64,000 nucleotides of DNA from Mustelus asterias. Lineage: Eukaryota. Of this stretch, positions 25,723 to 37,278 are shown piece by piece (the first letter of the stretch is position 1; the number at the start of each line of letters is the position of its first letter). The stretch spans positions 59,458,001 through 59,522,000 of the forward strand of contig NC_135802.1 in the NCBI RefSeq assembly GCF_964213995.1, given 5' to 3'. The translations under genes were made by a program, and so were the position numbers. Under the pieces are notes generated by a model that saw only the letters and a list, made by a program, of their open reading frames with translations, searched no databases and was not told the origin of the DNA.

Positions 25723-26444
25723 TGTAATCCCCTGCTGACCACTATATGGGGCTACTATTCAAATATTCAATCAACAGGATCCCGAATTCCTAGCGGTTGA
25801 TGTTGATTTGGCTAATTCGCTGTTTACCCATAAATGTCAGTACTGTAATCGGAATATCAAAAATAAATTTAGTAACAAATATAATCAATCGACATAAAAC
25901 AGTGAGCTCTGATCTATAACCATTGGGGCCCAGCCGTTGGTGCACTCAAGGGGAAACTCATCCTCAGTAACACATTTGTAGGTACTGTTCCAGTTGGATT
26001 GTATAGTCCCCACCAGTTACTCACGACACACACACACAGTCCAGAAGAGACATACGTGTGGAAGATGATGCTGTAGGAGGCAGAGGTGCCGCAAGCTATC
26101 CATGCAGCAACGCAGGTCCAGTGCGCTGAAGACTGTCCTCCTCGGCAGTAATGAACAGAACAGGCAGGAGAACACCTGGCTGCCTTTCACTCCAAACCGA
26201 ATTCTCACTGCCTGGGAAAAGCTCCTCTTCAAAACGTGGCTCTCTCTCTGCACACTCCCTGCCTTACTCCGCAGCTGCTTCACTTCCTGGCGCCTTTTTT
26301 TTTCTTCCTGCCCCCAGAACAATCCGATTGGCCCAACCCACACCACTCAACAAACAGCATCCTGTTCAGCAAACAGGACACTGAAACCCACAAGGGACAA
26401 AGAACACTTGTAAATGTCTTCCCCATTTTTCTCAGTCCCTTACA
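25723..26444 (-). mobile_element. Solo LTR of the same Gypsy family as 36486-44045, inserted in a CR1 remnant
   Basis: TGTAA...TTACA termini; TAAT TSD (25719-25722 and 26445-26448); high similarity to 36486-37195. Flanks rejoin as CR1 KSPGSNDLYGRVLK. Confidence 0.93.
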
Positions 26445-27039
26445 TAATGATCTATATGGTAGAGTTCTAAAAGCGGTAGCTGTGAGAGAATGGATATGTT
26501 CGCACAGTGGTGGGGCCCACTAGACACCCCAGCAGTGGCCAGCGGGCACCCCAGTTGGGCATGGCCAGTGCGCCAGGGACAGTGCCAAGTCGGTGGAGCC
26601 TGAGTGGGAGCTATGACGGGGGTGCTCTGCGGGGGGGGTATGTGCAGGTCATGCAGAGGTGGATCATGTCAGGTGTCATGTCGGGGGTCAGGCAGAGGGA
26701 CTCATCTGGAGGGTCCCGTTGCCGACAACCCGTGACGTGGAGCAGGTGGGGGATGGGCATGGATTGCTCAGGTTTTCTCTGTTAAGACACTTAGGACCGA
26801 ATTCTCCCAAACAAGAACTGTCATAATGACGAGAAAACTGGAGTGACCGCAGCAATCATCCCACACTCAGTCACGTTCCCCTCCCCGACAAAGGTCGCTG
26901 ACATCGCAGCATCAGGGCCTACCTGCTGGGTCCCCTTGCCTGACCTCCGAAATGCCCTCCCATCATGATCCCCGACAACCATCCCCCTCTCCCCCATTGT
27001 ACGCCTCTTCATACTCCCCGCTTGCATGACCACCAATGC

Positions 27040-27645
27040 ATCCTTTATTGCAAGAGGCTAGAAGTATAAGAATAAGGAAGACTTGCTGCGATTGTACAGG
27101 TTTTGGGGAGACCATAACTGGTTTTGATCTTCACTTTTAAGAAAGGATGTACTTACATTGGAAGCCGTGTAGCAAAGGTCCACTAGATTGATTCCTTGGC
27201 TGAGAGAGTTGTCCTGTAATGAGAAACAGTGTAAAATGGGCCAATACTCTCTGGATTTCAGAAGAATAAGAGGTGATGTCATTGAAACATATAGAATTCT
27301 GAAGGTGCCTCATAGGGTAGATACTGAGAGTTTGTTCCCCTTTGCTGTGGGAGCTAGAACATGGGGTACAGTGTCCAGAGATGGACCATTTAGGACTGAA
27401 ATGAGAAATCTCTTCACTCAGAATTTGGAAAACTCTGGAAATCTCTACCCCAAAGGTTTCTGAATGCTCCACCATGGAATTTATTTAAAGCTGAGATAGA
27501 CAGATATTTGGTCTCTCAGAGAATCAATGGATATGATGAGTAGGCAAGAAAATGAAGTTAAGACCAATGGTCAGCTATGACCATATTGAATAGCAGAGTA
27601 GGTTCAAGGGGCTACCTGGTCTATTCTTATTTCTTATGTTCTCAT
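27040..27645 (+). mobile_element. Old CR1 3' fragment
   Basis: YSLDFRRIRGDVIETYRIL; tail TTCTTATGTTCT. Confidence 0.8.
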
Positions 27646-27769
27646 GAGTTTCTTTGGGTCATGGGTGTTATTCAGTAACAATTAAACTGGCAGAGTGTAA
27701 TGCATATTTTTTATTGAGTAATTTTACAAATCACTAGGATTAACTGACAAGATAGAGCAATCACATACA

Positions 27770-27880
27770 ATACAAAAGCAAAGTATTGCAGATGCGGGAA
27801 GTCTAAACTAAAAACAGAATATGTTGGACATGCCCAGCAAGTCAGGCAGCATCTGTGAACAGAAAAATTCAGGTTGATGC
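27770..27880 (-). mobile_element. Penelope pLTR-type relic
   Basis: AAAGCAAAGTATTGCAGATGC..CAGCAAGTCAGGCAGCATCTGTG is related to 31731-31870. Confidence 0.5.
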
Positions 27881-29019
27881 TGTAAGCACATAAAAAACTT
27901 AGAAAGCCTTGAAAAGCAGAAAGGAGCAAGGAGTATTACAATTAGGAATATTTTCTTAAAAAGAAGTCTTACAAGGCATGTTTTATTCAAAGCATGTTCT
28001 CCATATGTTTTGCAAATACTTTGTCATAAATAAAGTAATTGCATCATAAAATGATTGCTTTAAAAAACACTGGAATTTTCGGCTGAAATGTTGATGTGAC
28101 GTTGGGTTTCATCTTTCCAAGCTCTTCAAGTGACATTGCTAAGAATGATAAAACCTACCTTTTTCCCTGAATGATTCCATTTGTTTTAACTGAGGGAACA
28201 ATGTTGGAAGTTCACAAGAGCCAATCCAGAGCTATATGATCCTGGGAAAACTATGCTTCATTCTTTGTCAGCAAAATGGTTTCCAGAGTCTGGCTTTGCA
28301 TACACATGAAGGAGCGCTTTGAACAAAATGGAGCCCTTCAAATTCCTACTCTTTAAATCTACAAATTTGTATACAATAAATGATTACTATTCTAACATAA
28401 ATCCATGCAAATAGAATGAAGTCATTACTGTGCTTGTTACACGCAAAGTGGGTTAATTTGATTAATCGGTTTTGTTCTTAAAGTACTTTATCTAAACATT
28501 ACCTACGATGTGGGCTGTATGTTTAAAATATTTTCTAACTATTCAATCAGAGTTTACAAAAACATTGGGAATTTTTTACATTCTTCTTATAATACTTCAG
28601 TTTCTTTGTTACTTGTTTTGAGGGCATTGGTAAAGTAAAATGTTAAATAGTGCAGCAAAATATGATTATTGGCAAAATCAGACTTCATTTCAGGTTGTAA
28701 CAAATTTTTGCTTTGATGCAAGAGTTTATTCTGAAAGAATAACTGAAGTAGAAGCAGTAGAGCAACAAACGTTGACCTTGACAATTTATCTTAATGCTGT
28801 ATTTTAGTATGTAGCTAAGCAACCACTATTGATAACAAATGCAGCACACTGCAAAACTAATTGCAATAATGACAGTAGTAACTGGCTATTAATAGAGAAC
28901 AGCTAAACAAAAATAGAAAACTGGAATTCAACCTGTGTGACATAACTGCCTAATATGTTACACCTATTAGTAAATCTCATCGTTTAGATTTTTTTTTCAA
29001 AGTTTAAAGTTCATACTTG

Positions 29020-30500
29020 TAATAGACATCCACCTATCTCAGGAGATTATGGGCTGTACTAGGGGTGTTTGTCAGTTCTGTATTGAACATCGTCTCTGTT
29101 GCGGCTCTAGATGCCGATTCATGAGTGGCAGTTCCTTCCGCAACTGGCACAGATGAATAACATAGCCTGAGGTCGACTGATATTTTTCTTTGTAGCCAAG
29201 CTTTCTTTTCTGCCATCTGGTTGTTTCTTTTGTCCTCTGCTTTTTCCACACCCTTGCTGACTGCTCATCTCCATGCACTCAGTCAGCAGCAAGGACTCCC
29301 CGACTTCAAACACAGATAATTTGAGGCCACACTTGCAGACATCCTTGTATTGCAGGCGTGGACAATCTGTTGGTCTCGTGCAAAAGGCAAGCTCACCATA
29401 GAGCAAGTCTTTGGGAATGTGGCCATCTTTCATTCAGCACACATGACCCAGCCAACAAAATCATCACTGACCCAAGAGGGCAGACATGCTGGAAATCCCT
29501 TCAAGTTTCCCATGCTTTGTTACCATAAAGGAGGGTGCTGAGAACACAAGCCTAGTACACGAGCAGCTTTGTATTTGTGGTTAGTTTGCTGGTGGTGCAC
29601 ACTAACCTCCTCAGCTTTGGCATGGCAGTTATGGCATTGGCAACCCTGTTGTTGATTTTTGGCATCAAGGGACAGGTTTCTGGTGATTATTGAACCAAGG
29701 TATGCAAAGCTGTTGATTACCTCCAGGATATTTATGTTGATGGAAGGTGGAGTGTCTACATCTTCACCCATAGCCATGTTATTCCTAACCCTAGTTGACA
29801 GTGCAAACTCATTGTGGGCTTGGGAGATTTGATCTACAAACTTCTGCAGGTGAACTTCGGTATGGGATGTCAGCACGCTGTCATCAACAAACAGTAATTC
29901 ACGGATGAGGACCTTGCACACTTTGCTCTTAGTGCGCTGTCTTGTCAAGTTGAGTGGTTGCTGTCAGTTGTAGGGTACAATTGAACACCCTCATTTATGT
30001 CGCCATAAGCATACAATAGTAGCAAGGAGAAGAATATGCCAAAGAGCGTTGGCAATAGGACGCAGCTCTGCTTTATCCTATTGCTAATCTTGAAAGCGTC
30101 TGATTATGATCCATTGTAACTGATTGATAGAACTGTGCATGTTCTCACGGAACAAAGAAATGGCGCACAGGAATCCAGGCAAGCAGCCTATTTTTCCGCA
30201 ACAGTTTGAGGAATGTGTCACTGCTAATGAGGTCTTTGAAGTCAGTGTAGAGTGATGTTCGTGGCACTTCTCCTGTAACTGCCAAAGTAAGACAATGACA
30301 TCAACTGAAAATCTGCCAGCTCTGAAGCCGCGTAGAATCTCAGGGTAGATGGGTGATGCCGACATCTGCAATCTGGTCAGAGCAATGGGAGTAAAGACCT
30401 CCCCCCCCCCCCCCCCCCCCCAATACTTAGCAAGGAGATGCTTTAGTAATTTTGGTCACTGCGATCTTCTTTGTTTTTGTACAAGGTAAACTATGTTTGC
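29020..30500 (-). mobile_element. RTE/BovB-like LINE RT and C-terminus, degraded
   Basis: GFRAGRFSVDVI..QLQEKCHE; ELLFVDDSVL; FAYLGSII; GHIPKDLLYGEL; C-terminal CASCGRNCHS. Confidence 0.85.
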
Positions 30501-30619
30501 ATCATGTATCATGCAAATATTACCGAGTTAAAGACATATTTGCATATTGATTTGATATTTGTAACTACAATATTTTATGTATTTGGCAAAAACTAACAAA
30601 ATATTTCTTCATTTGAACC

Positions 30620-31970
30620 TAAAAGGATCTATCCTTTTTTTAATGGCCCATTGCTAAACCTTAGGGATGTAAAATTGGATAGGGCCCAAAACAGATGTAA
30701 GGATTGTGATGCAGGATTATCCTGCGGCTGTTGAGTCTATTGCAGGCGACACCCAAACTTTGTGCTTCCAGCTAATTTAATGCTTTTGAGTGGCTGCATA
30801 TCTGATGGAGTGCAAAACTGTGCGAAGCTAGCACAAGTTAAAACTAACCTGCACTACCTCTTGAAGAAGAAGCAGATGTTGGATATCATTTTGGAGCAGT
30901 CAGTAATGGCATGTCACAGAAAATGGCTTCCAAGAGATTTTCACACTGCACTGAAAGCTTTGGTATGTGACATAGAGAGGAGGATGAATGTCATGTATCT
31001 GCCGTAAGGCCCTCCAGACAAACTTTGTGAAGGTAGTGAAACCAGATAGTCATGGTGGTCAGTGCCAAACGTCTAGCCCTGTGGACCTGGATGCAGTGCT
31101 GCAAAAGGTTCAGTGACCTGACAGGAATGCTCAAGATCAGTGAAATTCAAATGCCAAATACCACCAACTGCATCATTAACCTCACACTGCTCACTACACC
31201 ACACCTCCATCACTCATCTGCTGGCAATCTACCAATCACAAGTTACACCATATGCTTTGTGTCATCCTCGCACAACTTAGTACTGCTACAAGACTCACAT
31301 CCACATCCTGCAGCATACACACTGCCATCTCTTCAATAAAAACAGCCATATCACCCAAACGCATTGCTCCACTTCCCATTCTTGCAAGCCAAGATAACAC
31401 ACAATCTATGGCAACAGCACTTCACTGGCAAGGAACATGCAGGGTTCCATGTCCATACCACACTGAAGGAGATGGTAGCCACTATCATTGGAGTAACCAT
31501 TGCTGAGGCTGTGGATAGTGGTGGGGCTGAAACTATCAAAGGTAACGGCATCCTCAAACCTAATCCTCCATCTCATTTCTTGTTCATCCCCAATTCTCTC
31601 CTGATTTAGAAGTTGCATATGATGGAAGCATGCACCTCTTTACTTCCCATACCTAACCCCCACCACATCCCAACCCCACCTATATCACTTCTCTTGTGCC
31701 TTACTCCTTTCAGATATCCAAGAACTGCATAAAAGCAAATTACTGCAGATGCTGGAATCTGAAACCAAAAAAGATTGACAAAGGGTCATCTGGACTCGAA
31801 ACGTCAGCTCTTTTCTCTCCTTACAGATACTGCCCAGACCTGCTGAGATTTTCCAGCGTTTTCTCTTTTGGATCCAAGAACTGTAGCCTGACTAGGCAGT
31901 GATTGAAGAGCAGGAAGATGGTGATGAACAAGAAATCCCATCACTCACACACTCAGCCACCTGTTCAGAT
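30620..31970 (+). mobile_element. PIF/Harbinger-type transposon remnant with Myb/SANT-like gene fragment
   Basis: From 30906: MACHRKWLPRDFHTALKALVCDIERRMNVMYL...WTWMQCCKRFSDLT, a trihelix/Myb-SANT pattern, broken by stops. Confidence 0.6.
31731..31870. mobile_element. Penelope inverted pLTR relic with degenerate hammerhead-like motif
   Basis: TGACAAAGGGTCATCTGGACTCGAAACGTC (31776-31805) follows an inverted pLTR tail. Confidence 0.55.
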
Positions 31971-31984
31971 ACTGACACCGTGGA

Positions 31985-33140
31985 AACCCCTTTAAAAACT
32001 GAAAAAGGAGCAATCACATTGTCAGGAATGTTCTCTAGGCCCCCTAACAGACCAAGGGAAATAGAAGAGCAGGTATGTAGGCAAATTTCAGAGAAAAGTA
32101 ATGGTAATAGGGTAGTGATAATGGGGGATTTTAACTTGCCAACATTAACTGGGGTAGTCAGAGTTTGAAAAGTTTAAAGGAAGTAGAATTCATAAAATGT
32201 GTCCAGGAGAACTTTTTAAGTCAGTACGTAGAACGTCCTATAAAAAAGTGGTGGTCCTGGATTTAATTTAAGGTAACGAACCCAGGCAAGTGGCTGAAGT
32301 ATCAGTGGGGGAGCTTTTTTGCAGACAGCGACCATAACTCCATTAGATTCAAGATTGTTATGGAAAAGGACAAGGATGGGCCAGAAATAAATGTTCTAAA
32401 CTGGGGAAAGGCTGATTTAAAAAGATTAGATATGATTTGGCCAGAGTGGACTGGGAGCAGAAACTTTTAGATAAATCTGTGATGGAACAGCGGAACTAAA
32501 TACTTAAATGTTATGATATTCTCTGCCTCCACCACCCTTTTAGGCAGTGAGTAGCAGACTCCCCCCACCCTTTGTGTGAACAAGTTTTTCCTCACATCCC
32601 CTTTCAAATTCTTCATCTTTACCTTAAATCTAAGCCCCCTAGTCATTGATCCCTCCACCAAGGGGCAAAGTTTCTTTTCATCGACTCTCTCACTAGTGAA
32701 CACCGATACAAAGTATTCATTTAGAACCCTACCTAAGTCCTCTGGCTCCACAAACAAATTACCAAATTGCTTAATGGGCCCTTCTTTCCCGAGTTATCAC
32801 TTTTGCCCTCAATGTACTTGTAAAACAACTTAGGATTTTCCTAATTCAACCTTATTCTACTGTCCGTATCCTTTCATGTCCCTTTTTGCTTTCCTAATTT
32901 TCTTTCAAGTTCCCTTTTGCACATTCTACACTCCTCTGGCTTCTGTTGTTTTGAGCCTTCAATTATTGTCTCCCCTTTTCTCTTCTTTTAGAAGTATTTA
33001 GATGTACAGTTGCGATGCCAAGACATACAAAGCTATTGACCAAGTGCGGGAAAATAGGATTAGAATACTTGGCTGGTTTATCTTTGACCAGTGCAGATGC
33101 GATGGGCTGAAGGGCCTTTTCTGTGCTTTGGACCTCTGTA
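31985..33140. mobile_element. Scrambled CR1 fragments (EN domain on +, RT pieces on -, tail on +)
   Basis: RPPNRPREIEEQVCRQI..VVIMGDFNLP on +; KNLFTQRVGGVCYSLP on -. Confidence 0.75.
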
Positions 33141-33189
33141 ACAAGCATGCAGGCAATACCCAGTTCTACCTCACTACCACCACTCTTGA

Positions 33190-34072
33190 TTTCTTGATTT
33201 GATTTGATTTATTATTATCACATATATTAGTATATAGTGAAAAGTATTGTTTCTTGCACGCTATACAGACAAAGCGTACTGTTCATCGAGAAGGAAAGGA
33301 GAGAGTGCAGAATGTAGTGTTACATTCATAGCTAGGGTGTAGAAAAAGATCAATTTAGTGCGAGCTAAGTCCATTCAAAAGTCTGAAGGCTGAAGGGAAG
33401 AAGCTGTTCTTGAGTCGGGAGTTGGTATGTGACCTCAGACTTTTGTATCTTTTTCCCGACAGAAGAAGGTGGAAGAGAGTATGTCTGGGGTCCTTAATTA
33501 TGCTGGCTGTTTTTCTGAGGCATTCGGACGTGTGGACAGAGTCAATGAATGGGAGGCTGGTTTGCATGATGGATTGGGCTACATTCACAACCCTTTGTAG
33601 TTTCTTGCGGTCTTGGGCAGAGCAGGAGCCATACTGTGATACAACCAGAAAGAATGCTTTCTCGGGTGCATCTGTAAAAGTTGGTGAGAGTCGTAGCTGA
33701 CATACTAAATTTCCTTAGTCTTCTGGGAAAGTAGATGCATTGGTGGGCTTTCTTAACTATAGTGTCGGTATGGGGGGGTCCAGGACAGGTTGCTGGTGAT
33801 TTGGACATGTAAAAACTTGCAGCTCCTGACCATTTCTACTTTGTTCCCATTGATGTAGACAGAGGCATGTTCTCTAGTACACTTCCTGAAGTCGATTACT
33901 ATCTCCTTTGTTTTGTTGACATTGAGGGAGAGATTATTGTTGTTGCTATCTCATTCCTGTACTCTGTTTCGTCATTGTTTGAGATATAAACCCAGTACGG
34001 TGTTGTCATCGGCAAACTTAAAAATCGAATTGGAGGGGAATTTGGCCACACCATCATAGGTGTATAAGGAGA
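33190..34072 (-). mobile_element. Rex1-like LINE 3' portion (left arm of inverted pair)
   Basis: ISNNDETEYRNEI; IVKKAHQCIYF; RLKNSFFPSAFRLLNG; (GATTT)n tail. Confidence 0.88.
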
Positions 34073-35465
34073 TATCTTCAACCTCTCTTTACAACAATCT
34101 GAGGTCCCTATCTGCTTCAAGAAGGTGACCATCATCCCAGTAACAATAAAAGATGAGCAGCGTACCTTAATGACTATTCTCCGGTGGCTCTGACATCCAT
34201 CATTATGAAGTGCTTCGAAAAGTTCGTCATAGCATGAATTAATTCCAGCCTCCCGGATTGCCTGGATCCACTACAGTTCGCCTACCGCTGCAACAGGTCC
34301 ACAGCAGATGCCATCTCCCTGACCCTGCAGTCAACCCTGGAACCTCTAGATAACAAAGACACCTATGTTAGACTCCTATTTATTGACTACAGCTCAGCCT
34401 TCAACACCATTATTCCAACGAAACTCATCTCCAAACACCATGGCCTGGGCCTCGGCTCCTCCCTCTGCAACTGGATCCTGAACTTCCTAACCCACAGACC
34501 ACAATCAGTAAGGATAGGCAAACACCTTCTCCATGACCATCCTCAACACCAGTGCCCCACAAGGCTGTGTTCCCAGCCCCCTACTATACTCCTTATATAC
34601 CTATGACTGTGTGGCAAAATTCCCCTCCAATTTGATTTTCAAGTTTGCTGACGACACCACCGTAGTGGATTGGATCTCAAACAATGACGAGACAGAGTAC
34701 AGGAATGAGATAGAGAATCTGGTGAACTGGTGCGGCAACAATAATCTCTTCCTCAATGTCAACAAAATGAAGGAGATTGTCATCGACTTCAGGAAGCGTA
34801 AAGGAGAGAGAACATTCCCCTGTCTACTTCAACGGGGACGAAGGAGAAAGGGTCAAGAGCTTCAAGTTTTTAGGTGTCCAGATCACCAACAACCTGTCCT
34901 GGTCCCCCCATGCTGACACTATAGTTAAGAAAGCCCACAATACCTCTACTTTCTCAGAAGACTAAGGAAATTCGGCATGTCAGCTACGACTCTCACCAAC
35001 TTTTACCATAAAAGCATTCTTTCTGGTTGTATCACAGCTTGGTATGACTCCTGTTCTGCCCAAGACCACAAGGAACTACAAAAGGTCTTAAATTTAGCCC
35101 AATCCACCATGCAAACCAACCTCCCAGCCATTGACTCTGTCTACACTTCCCACTGCCTCCAGCATAGTTAAGGACCCCACGCATCCCAGACATTCTCTCT
35201 TCCACCTTCTTCCTTCTGGAAAAAGATACAAAAGTCTGAGGTCACGTAACAACCGACTCAAGAATAGCTTCTTCCCTGCTGCTGTCAGACTTTTGAATGG
35301 ACTTACCTTGCATTAAGTTGATCTTTCTCTATACCTTAGCTATGATTGTAACACTACATTCTGCACTCTCTCATTTCCTTCTCTATGAACGGTATGCTTT
35401 GTCTATAGTACGCAAGAAACAATACTTTTCACTGTATGCTAATGCATGTGATAATCAAATCAAAT
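34073..35465 (+). mobile_element. Rex1-like LINE RT 3' portion (right arm)
   Basis: [28 protein letters not shown]; RLKNSFFPAAVRLLNG; (CAAAT)n tail. Confidence 0.9.
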
Positions 35466-36183
35466 GTAGATTTATTTTTCATGCAGTGATTCATCATTGG
35501 AATCTGTCCTTTAAAGGTAAATTGATCGTGACATTAACATATCTGTATATTTGTTCATATGCATTATAACATATCAAAAATGTTACAAAACAACCCTGTC
35601 AGCCTGTGATGTCATCTATTTTTATCATGATCTAAATGGTTCTAGCTGATTCTTAAAAAATGGTTTGGGCACTTAAAAAAAATGTGCACTTGAATAAAAT
35701 CTAACCACCCTTCTCCCTTCCATTGATTGACAGGCACGGGCCTGTGAAATTGAAATGAGCACCTTCTATTTTTTCCTTCTCAGTGAGAAGTTTGGACAAC
35801 TGTGGCTAATCTGAATACTTGGCTGAGTTTCAAGTGTTAATGGGGTTCAGTGTACTAGGTGCTCCATTCATCTGAGAATGAATAACGGTTTCAAGAAGTT
35901 GTAATAACAGATTTCCCCTTTGTTGTGATTTCTGGTTGTTGGCACAAGCTAATAGTGATACAAGGTTTTCTTTTTCACATGACAAAATGCATATTTTCTC
36001 ACAAATGAAATGGGAGATTTTAGTAAATGGTGAGAGTTTTATATTTTTCAAGAACTATAGAATATTTCATCGATTTTACTTGGAATCTGAAGACTCTGCA
36101 TACTGCATGACTGTAGAAGGTATGGGGGACATAGAGGATGCATGGGTGATTGGGGAGAATATAATAGATTGGAGGTGACTCGA

Positions 36184-36430
36184 TGTTGCTCAAACAACAG
36201 CAAATGTTTATTAAACTGTAATAATTACTTAAACACTAAGGGTCTGACAGAACATATGCACATGTCTACTCTCTTCTCCCTGGCCCCAATTGAGGTCGTC
36301 CCAGGACTCATGCCTTTGCTAATTGGCCCAGCTTCCTGCGCCTCTGCTCCATGGGCTCCAACCCAATCATATGGCCCACATAGGATCGCTCCTTAAAGGG
36401 GCCACCTTACCACATCCCTCCCTCGCCCCT
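36184..36430 (-). mobile_element. Probable 3' LTR + PPT of the older host Gypsy
   Basis: The minus strand has the purine tract GGGGCGAGGGAGGGA, then TGTGGTAAGG..., AATAAA, ...AACA. It continues the degraded pol at 44050-46130. Confidence 0.5.
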
Positions 36431-36485
36431 ACCCCACCAAGAGAAATACCAATACACATTGGCTCCAGACACAATATTATATTAG

Positions 36486-37195
36486 TGTAACCCCCTGCTG
36501 ACCACTATATGGGGCTACTATTTAAATATTCAATCAACAGGATCCCGAATTCCTAGCGGTTGATGTTGATTTGGCTAATTCCCTGTTTACCCATAAATGT
36601 CCGTACTGTAATCGGAATATCAAAAATAAATTTAATAACAAATGTAATTAACAGACATAAAACAGTGAGCTCTGATCTATAACCATCCGTTGGTGCACAC
36701 ATGGGGAAACTCATCCTCAGTAACACATTTGTAGATACTGTTCCAGTTGGATTGTATAGTCCCCACCAGTTACTCACGACACACACACACAGTCCAGAAG
36801 AGAGACACGTGTGGAAGATGATGCCGCAGGAGGCAGAGGTGCCGCGAGCTATCCGTGCAGCAACGTATGTCGAGTGCGCTGAAGGCTGTCCTCCTCGGCA
36901 GTAATGAAAAGAACAGGCAGGGGAACGCCTGGCTGCCTCTCACTCCAAACCGAATTCTCACTGCCTGGGAAAAAGCTCTCTCTCTGCACACACCCTCTTC
37001 AGCTCTGCCGCTGCTTCACTTCCTGGCGTGTTTTTTTCCTCCCGCCCCCAGAGCAATCCCATTGGCCCAGCCCACATCACTCAACCAACAGCATCCTGTT
37101 CACAGAACCCGCCCGGCAAACAGGACACTGAAACCCACAAGGGACAAAGAACACTGGTAAATGTCTTCCCCACAAATTTTCCTCAGTCCCTTACA
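36486..37195 (-). repeat. Gypsy 3' LTR
   Basis: Direct repeat of 43357-44045, adjacent to the PPT. Confidence 0.95.
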
Positions 37196-37209
37196 TTCTC
37201 CCCCCACCA
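37196..37209 (-). other. Polypurine tract
   Basis: Minus-strand TGGTGGGGGGAGAA lies immediately before the 3' LTR. Confidence 0.85.
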
Positions 37210-37278
37210 AAAATACAGCATGCCCCCATGCTGAAGTACATGACAATAGGACCCAGTTAACCAATTACACCATGTACC

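Noticed and set aside
36553-37234. ORFs in the LTRs (also 26017-26523 and 43548-44173) as an accessory gene
   Set aside because: The frames are not preserved among the three LTR copies because indels shift them, and no motifs are recognisable.
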